From: the human T2T-CHM13v2.0 reference genome, Homo sapiens
NCBI GenBank assembly: GCA_009914755.4
Contig: CP068257.2
Coordinates: 2,336,001-2,400,000, forward strand
Length of the DNA stretch: 64,000 bases
Direction of reading: 5' to 3'
The notes under the pieces are model-generated. The model saw nothing but the letters and a program-made list of their open reading frames with translations, was not told where the DNA came from and searched no databases. Numbering within the stretch: the stretch's first letter is position 1; every line of letters starts with the position of its first letter. This document shows, piece by piece, positions 58,201 through 64,000 of the stretch. Position numbers and translations under genes: made by a program.

Positions 58201-59998
58201 CTATGTGAGGGGCCAACATTCAGACCATAGCAGGAGAGTTCTGGAGTCCTATGTGAGGGATAAACATTTAGACCACAGCAGGAGTGTAACAGAACCCTAC
58301 ATGAGGGACAAACATTCAGACCACGGCAAGATTGTTCTGGAATGCTCTCTGAGGGCCAAACATTGAGACCTCAGCAGCAGTGTTCTGGAATCCTATGTGA
58401 TGGACAAACATTCAGCTCACAGCAGGATTGTTCTGAAATCCTATGTGAGGGACAGACATTTGGACCCCATCAGCAGTGTTCTGGAATCCTATTTGAGGGA
58501 CAAACACTCAGAACCCAGCAGCAGTATTCTGGAATCCTAAGTGAGGGACAAATATTCAGACCCTCTTAGCAGTGTTCTGGAATCCTATGTGAATGACAAA
58601 CGCTCAGAATCCAGCACCACTGTTCTGAAATCATATGTGAAGGACAAACCTTCAGACCAGAGCAGTAGTGCTGTGGAATTTTATGTTAGAGACAAACATT
58701 CAGACTCCAGCAGCAGTGTTCTTGAATGCTATCTGAGGGACAAACATTCTAACCACAGCAGGAGTGCTATGGAGACGTATGTGAGGGACAAAAATTCAGA
58801 ACACAGCAGGAGTGTTCTGGAATCCTATTTGAGGGAAAATCTTTCATACCCTCATAGCAGTGTTCTGGAATCCTATTTGAGGGAAAAAAAACTCAGAATC
58901 TAGGAGCAGTGTTCTGGAATCCTATGTGAGGGAAAAACATTCAGTCCGCAGCAGCAGTCTTCTGGAATGCTATGTGAGGGACAAACATTCAGATCATAGC
59001 AGAATTGTTCTGGAATCCTATGGGAGGGACAAATATTCACTCCACAGCAGGAGTGTTCTGGAGTCCTATGTGAGGGACAAACATTCAGACCCTTGTAACC
59101 GTGTTCTGGAATTCTATGTGAGGGACATTCAGACCCCAGCAGCAGTGTTCTTGAATGCCATGTGAGGGACAAACACTCAGACTCGAGCAGCAGTTTTCTG
59201 GAATCTTATTTCAGGATCAAATATTCGGACCCTCCTAGCAGTGTTCTGGAATCCTATGTGAGGGACAAACCCTCAGAACCCAGCAGCAGTGTTCTGGAAT
59301 CCTATGTGAGGGAGAAACATTCAGACAACAGCAGGAGTGTTGTGGAATCGTATGTGAGGAACAAGCATTTAGACCACAGTAGGAGTGTTCAGGAATCCTG
59401 TGTGAGGGACAAACATTCAGACCCTCATAACAGTGTTCTAGAAGCCCATGTGAGGGACAGACACTCAACCTAGCAGCAGTGTTCTGGAATCCTATGTGAG
59501 GGACAAACATTCAGACCACAGCAGGAGTGTTCTGGAAACCTGTGTGAGGGACAAACATTCAGACCACAGCAGGAGTGTTCTCCAATCCTATTTGATGGAC
59601 ATTCACACCCCAGCAGCAGTGTTCTGGAATCCTATGTGAGGGACAAACCTTCAGACCCCAACAGCAGTGTTCTGAAATCCTATGTGAGGGACAAACATTC
59701 AGAGCATTGTAGCCATGTTCTGGAACCCTATGTGAGGGACCAACACTGAGATCCCAACAGCAGTGTTCTGGAATCCTATGTGAGGGGCAAGCATTCAGAC
59801 CACAGCAGGAGTGTTGTGTTATCCTATGTGAGGGACAAACATTCAGACCACAGCAGGAGTGTTCTGGAATCCTTTGTGTAGGACGAACATTCAGACCCTT
59901 GTAGCAGTGTTCTGTAATCCTATGTGAGGGACAAACATTCAGACCCTCGTAGCAGTGTTCTGGAATCCTATGTGAGGGACAAGGATTCAGACAAGGAC
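52300..59998. repeat. 48-bp satellite array of ~160 units. It may be the CER/D22Z3-type 48-bp satellite; that name is from memory and is unverified.
   Basis: The unit gttctggaatcctatgtgagggacaaacattcagaccacagcaggagt (48 bp) repeats head-to-tail with ~10-20% unit-to-unit divergence. 42-bp variants lack 'aaac'. Because 48 bp equals 16 codons, long artefactual ORFs open on both strands. Confidence 0.9.
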
Positions 59999-59999
59999 A

Positions 60000-60488
60000 A
60001 GGATTCTCTTGATTGGAATAGTTTCAGAAGGAATAGTACCAGCTCATCCTTGTACCTTTGGTAGAATTCGGCTGTGGATTACGTCTTGTCCTGGACTTTT
60101 TATGGTTAGTATGCTATTATTGTCTCAATTTCAGAGCCTGTTATTTGTCTATTAAGAGATTCAACTTCTTCCTGGTTTAGTCTTGGGAGGGCTTATGTGT
60201 TGAGGAATTTATCCATTTCTTCTAGATTTTCTAGTTTATTTGCATAGAGGTGTTTACAGTATTCTCTGATGGTAGTTTGTATTTCTGTGGGATCAGTGGT
60301 GTTATCCCCTTTATCATTTTTTATTGCATCTATTTGATTCTTCTCTCTTTTCTTCTTTATTAGTCTTGCTAGCGGTCTGTCAATTTTGTTGATCTTTTTA
60401 AAAAACCAGCCCCTGAATTCATTGATTTTTTGAAGGGATTTTTGTGTCTCTATCTCCTTCAATTGTGCTCTGATCTTAGTTATTTCTT
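60000..60488 (-). mobile_element. Inverted 5' segment of a young L1 (ORF2 region, antisense); likely the twin-priming arm of the adjacent + strand L1
   Basis: Minus ORF 60193..60462 translates to [84 protein letters not shown], a near-consensus L1 ORF2 segment. On the + strand the sequence reads ggattc.ctcttgattggaatagtttcagaaggaat.gtaccagc, the antisense of L1. Confidence 0.85.
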
Positions 60489-62478
60489 GGAAGTCAAATT
60501 GTCCCTGTTTGCAGATGACATGTTTGTGTATCTAGAAAACGCCATCATCTCAGCCCAAAATCTCCTTAAGCTGGTAAGCAACTTCAGTGAGGTCTCAGGA
60601 TACAAAATCCATGTGCAAATATCACAAGCATTCTTATACAGCAATAACAGGCAAACAGAGAGCCAAATCATGAGTGAATTCCCATTCACAATTGTTTCAA
60701 AGAGAATAAATTACCTAGGAATCCAACTTACAAGGGATGTGAAGGACCTCTTCAAGGAGAACTATGAACCACTGCTCAACAAAATAAAAGAGGACACAAA
60801 TCAATGGAAGAACATTCCATGCTCATGGGTAGGAAGAATCAATATCGTGAAAATGGCCATTCTGCCCAAGGTAATTTATAGATTCAATACCATCCCCATC
60901 AAGCTAACAATGATTTTCTTCACAGAATTGGAAAAAACTAAAGTTCATATGGAACCAAAAAAGAGCCCACATGGCCAAGTCAATCCTAAGCTAAAAGAAC
61001 AAAGCTGGAGGCATCACGCTACCTGACTTCAAACTGTACTACAAGGCTACAATAACCAAAGCAGCATGGTACTGGTGCCAAAGCAGATATATAGATCAAT
61101 GGAACAGAACAGAGCCCTCAGAAATAATACCACACATCTACAACTATCTGATCTTTGACAAACCTGACAAAAGAAATCGGGAAAGGATTCCCTATTTAAC
61201 AAATTGTGCTGGGAAAACTGGCTGGCCATATGTAGAAAGCTGAAACTGGATCCCTTCCTTTCAACTTATACAAAAATTAATTCAAGACGTATTAAAGATT
61301 TAAATGTTAGACCTAAAACCATGAAAACCCTAGAAGAAAACGTAGGCAATACCATTCAGGACATAGGCATGGGCAAAGACTTCATGTCTTAAACATCAAA
61401 AGCAATGCCAACAAAAGCCAAAATTGACAAATGGGATATAATTAAACTAAAGAGCTTCTGTGAAGCAAAAGACATACCAGTGAACAGGCAACCTACAGAA
61501 TGGGAGAAAATTTTTGCAGTCATCTGACAAAGGGATAATATCCAAAATCTACAATTAACTCAAACAAATGTACAAGAAAAAACCCCATCAACAAGTGGGC
61601 GAAGGATATGAACAGACACTTCTCAAAAGAAGACATTTATGCAGCCAACAGACACATGAAAAATGGTCATCGTCACTCGCCATCAGAAAAATGCAAATCA
61701 AAATCACAATGAGATATCATCTCACACTAGTTAGAATGGCGATCATTTAAAAGTCAGGAAACAACAGATGCTAGAGAGTATATGGAGAAACAGGAACACT
61801 TTTACACTGTTAGTGGGATTGTAAAGTAGTTCAACGATTGTGGAAGACAGTGTGGTGATTCCTCAGGGATCTAGAACTAGAAATACCATTTGACCCAGGC
61901 TTCCAATTACTGGATATATACCCAATGGAATATAAGTCATGCTGCTATAAAGACACATGCACACGTATGTTTATTGCGACGCTACTCACAATAGCAAAGA
62001 CTTGGAACCAACCGAAATGTCCAAATGTCCAACAACGATAGACTGGATTAAGAAAATGTGGCACATATACGCCATGGAATACTATGCAACCATAAAAAAT
62101 GATGAGTTCATGTCCTTTGTAGGGACATGGATGAAGCTGGAAATCATCATTCTCAGCAAACTATCACGAGGACAAAAAAACCAAACACCACATGTTCTCA
62201 CTCATAGGTGGGAATTGAACAATGAGAACACGTAGACACAGGAAGGGGAACATCACACACCATGGCCTGTTGTGGGGTGGGGGGAGGGGGGATAGCATTA
62301 GGAGATATACCTTATGTAAATGACGAGTTACTGAGTGCAGCACACCAACATGGCACATGTATGCAAACATAACAAACCTGCACGTTGTGCACATGTATCC
62401 AAGAACTTAAAGTATAATAAAAAATATGTATATAAATAATTCAATACAGAAATATAATTAAAAAAGAAAGAAAATGTG
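60489..62478 (+). mobile_element. Young L1 (L1PA-like) covering the 3' two-thirds of ORF2, the 3'UTR and an A-rich tail
   Basis: ORF 60430..61026 translates to [124 protein letters not shown]2 homology continues to the L1 3' end (...ggtgggaattgaacaatgagaacac...gcagcacaccaacatggcacatgtatgcaaacataacaaacctgcacgttgtgcacatgta) with few frameshifts. Confidence 0.9.
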
Positions 62479-63055
62479 GTATACTATTTGGCAGTAAAAA
62501 AAGAAAACCCTGTCATTTGTAAACAACATGGATGAACCTGGAGGACAATAGGTTAAGTGAAATAGGTCAGGCACAAAAAGACAAATATATCATGACATGT
62601 CTCCTACTGGTATGTTAAAAAGTTGATCTCATAGAATTACAAAGTACAATGGTGGGTATCAGAGCTAGGGGTAAAGGGGAGTTGCCGTGATGTTAATCAG
62701 AGGATATATACTTAGAGCTAGACAGAAGGAATACATTTCAGGAGATGTGCTGTAGAGCAAGGTGATTGTAATTGATGATGACATATTGTATTCTTGAGAA
62801 ATAGAAAGTTAATGTTATGTGTATTCACCACAAAGATGATAACTATGTGAGTTGATGTATTTGTTAATTAGCTAGATTTGACCTTTTCACAATGTATGCA
62901 TACTTTGTCCCTCACATAGGATTCCAGAACGCTACTGCATTGGTCTGAATGTTTGTCCATCACATTTTACATTACAAAAAACTTGCAATGTCATATGTCA
63001 ATTAAAAATAAATATTAATAAAGTAATTTTAAAAAGACAAAAAGTAAAAGAAAAA
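62479..63055 (+). mobile_element. Older L1 3'-end fragment of the L1M/L1P type. It contains a ~60-bp piece of the 48-bp satellite in inverted orientation at 62893-62952.
   Basis: gaaaaccctgtcatttgtaaacaacatggatgaacctggaggacaataggttaagtgaaata.gtcaggcacaaaaagacaaatat.tcatga...cttgagaaatagaaagttaatgttatgtgtattcaccacaaagatgataactatgtgag.tgatgtatttgttaattagct.gatttgacc.tttcacaatgtatgcata is a typical old L1 3' terminus. Then gtccctcacataggattccagaac is the reverse complement of the satellite core. Confidence 0.5.
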
Positions 63056-63060
63056 AAACA

Positions 63061-64000
63061 CACCACAGCAGCAGTGTTCTGGAATCCTGTGTGAGGGACA
63101 AACATTCAGATGCCAGCAGCAGTGTTCTGGGATCCCATGTGATGGGCAAACATTCAGACATTCCCAGCAGTGTTCTGGAATCCTATGTGTGGGACAAACA
63201 CTCAGACCCCAGCAGCAGTGTTCTGGAATCCTATGTGAGGTACAAACATTCAGACCCTGGAATCAGTGTTCTGGAATCCTATGTGAGGGACAAATATTCA
63301 GATCATTGCATTAGTGTTCTGGAATCCTATGTGAGGGAAAAACTTTCAGACCACAGCAGCCATGTTCTGGAGTCCTATGTGACAGACATTCAGACCCTCG
63401 TAGCAGTGTTCTGGAATCTTATGTGAGGGACACGCATTCAGACCACAGCAGGAGGGTTCTGGAATCCTATGTGAGGGACAAATATTCAGACCCTCATAGC
63501 AGTGTTCTGGAGTCTTATGTGAGGGACAAACATTCAGACCCCGGCAGCAGTGTTCTGGAATCCTATGTGAGGGACAAACATTCAGACCCCAGCAGCAGTG
63601 TTCTAGAATCCTATGTAATGGACAAACATTCAGAACCTCGTAGCAGTGTTCTGGAATCCTATGTGAAGGACAGACATTTAGACCCTCGCAGCAATGTTCT
63701 GGAATCCTATGTGAGGGAGAAACATTCAGACCCTCGCAGCAGTGTTCTGGAATCCTATGTGAGGGACAAACATTCAGACCCCAGCAGCAGTGTTCTGGAA
63801 TCCTATGTGAGGGACAAACATTCAGACCACGGCAGCAGTGTTCTGGAGTCCTATGTAATGGACAAATATTCAGAACCTCGTAGCAGTGATCTGGAATCCT
63901 ATGTGAGGGACAAACTTTCTGACCCCAGCAGCAGTGTTCTGGAATCCTATGTGAGGGACAAACTTTCTGACCCTCGTATGTGTTCTAGTATTCTATGTGA
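63061..64000. repeat. Continuation of the 48-bp satellite array, ~19.5 units
   Basis: Same 48-bp unit in the same orientation as 52300-59998. Confidence 0.9.

Noticed and set aside
52300-59998. Long ORFs on both strands across the 48-bp satellite, for example 53892..54659 (255 aa) and 55899..56765 (288 aa), rich in H/S/R/C residues
   Set aside because: The unit length (48 bp) is a multiple of 3, so any stop-free frame of one unit propagates along the array. ORFs occur on both strands and in several frames, have no start context and no non-repeat flanking exons. They are periodic artefacts.

Overview
This window is primate (almost certainly human) genomic DNA, not prokaryotic. Alu, L1 and Tigger elements are abundant, so no bacterial defence or CRISPR-type system can be present. 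It is a repeat-dominated block of pericentromeric / subtelomeric-duplication type. Everything below is read from the sequence; no search was run.

Layout, left to right:
1. An old LINE-1 ORF2 fragment (1-2345) carrying an Alu right arm. It is cut off exactly where a degenerate interstitial telomeric tract, (CCCTAA)n on the + strand, begins (2346-2660).
2. TAR1-like subtelomeric sequence (2661-3470) with five 46-bp repeats and five or six 29-bp CpG repeats. These match, from memory, the repeats next to canonical human telomeres (the TERRA promoter region).
3. A GC-rich tandem array of about 16 units of ~195-220 bp (3459-6783), interrupted by a ~100-bp (TA)n tract.
4. A ~29-kb macrosatellite (6784-35997) of 4.5 head-to-tail units of 6.3-6.7 kb. 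Adjacent units are about 98-99% identical.
5. A ~16-kb Alu/L1/Tigger-rich spacer (35998-52299) with small local tandem repeats.
6. A 48-bp satellite array (52300-64000, about 180 units). A young L1 with a 5' inversion and an older L1 3' end are inserted into it.

Each macrosatellite unit contains:
- a nested 141-bp VNTR (141 bp = 47 codons) present in 11, 12, 14, 14 and 11 copies across units A-E;
- a ~575-bp higher-order duplicated block;
- (GT)n, (CAGA)n and (GGAA)n microsatellites;
- an ancient antisense L1 3'-end fragment;
- a TATA/GC-box promoter-like segment;
- a long Ser/Pro-rich ORF on the minus strand. It is up to 1138 aa in units C and D, 993 aa in A, broken in B and cut off at the array edge in E.

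The main candidate novelty is this macrosatellite and its embedded ORF. Whether the ORF is a real gene or a stop-codon-poor compositional artefact cannot be decided from sequence alone. No conventional protein-coding gene is confidently recognised anywhere in the window.
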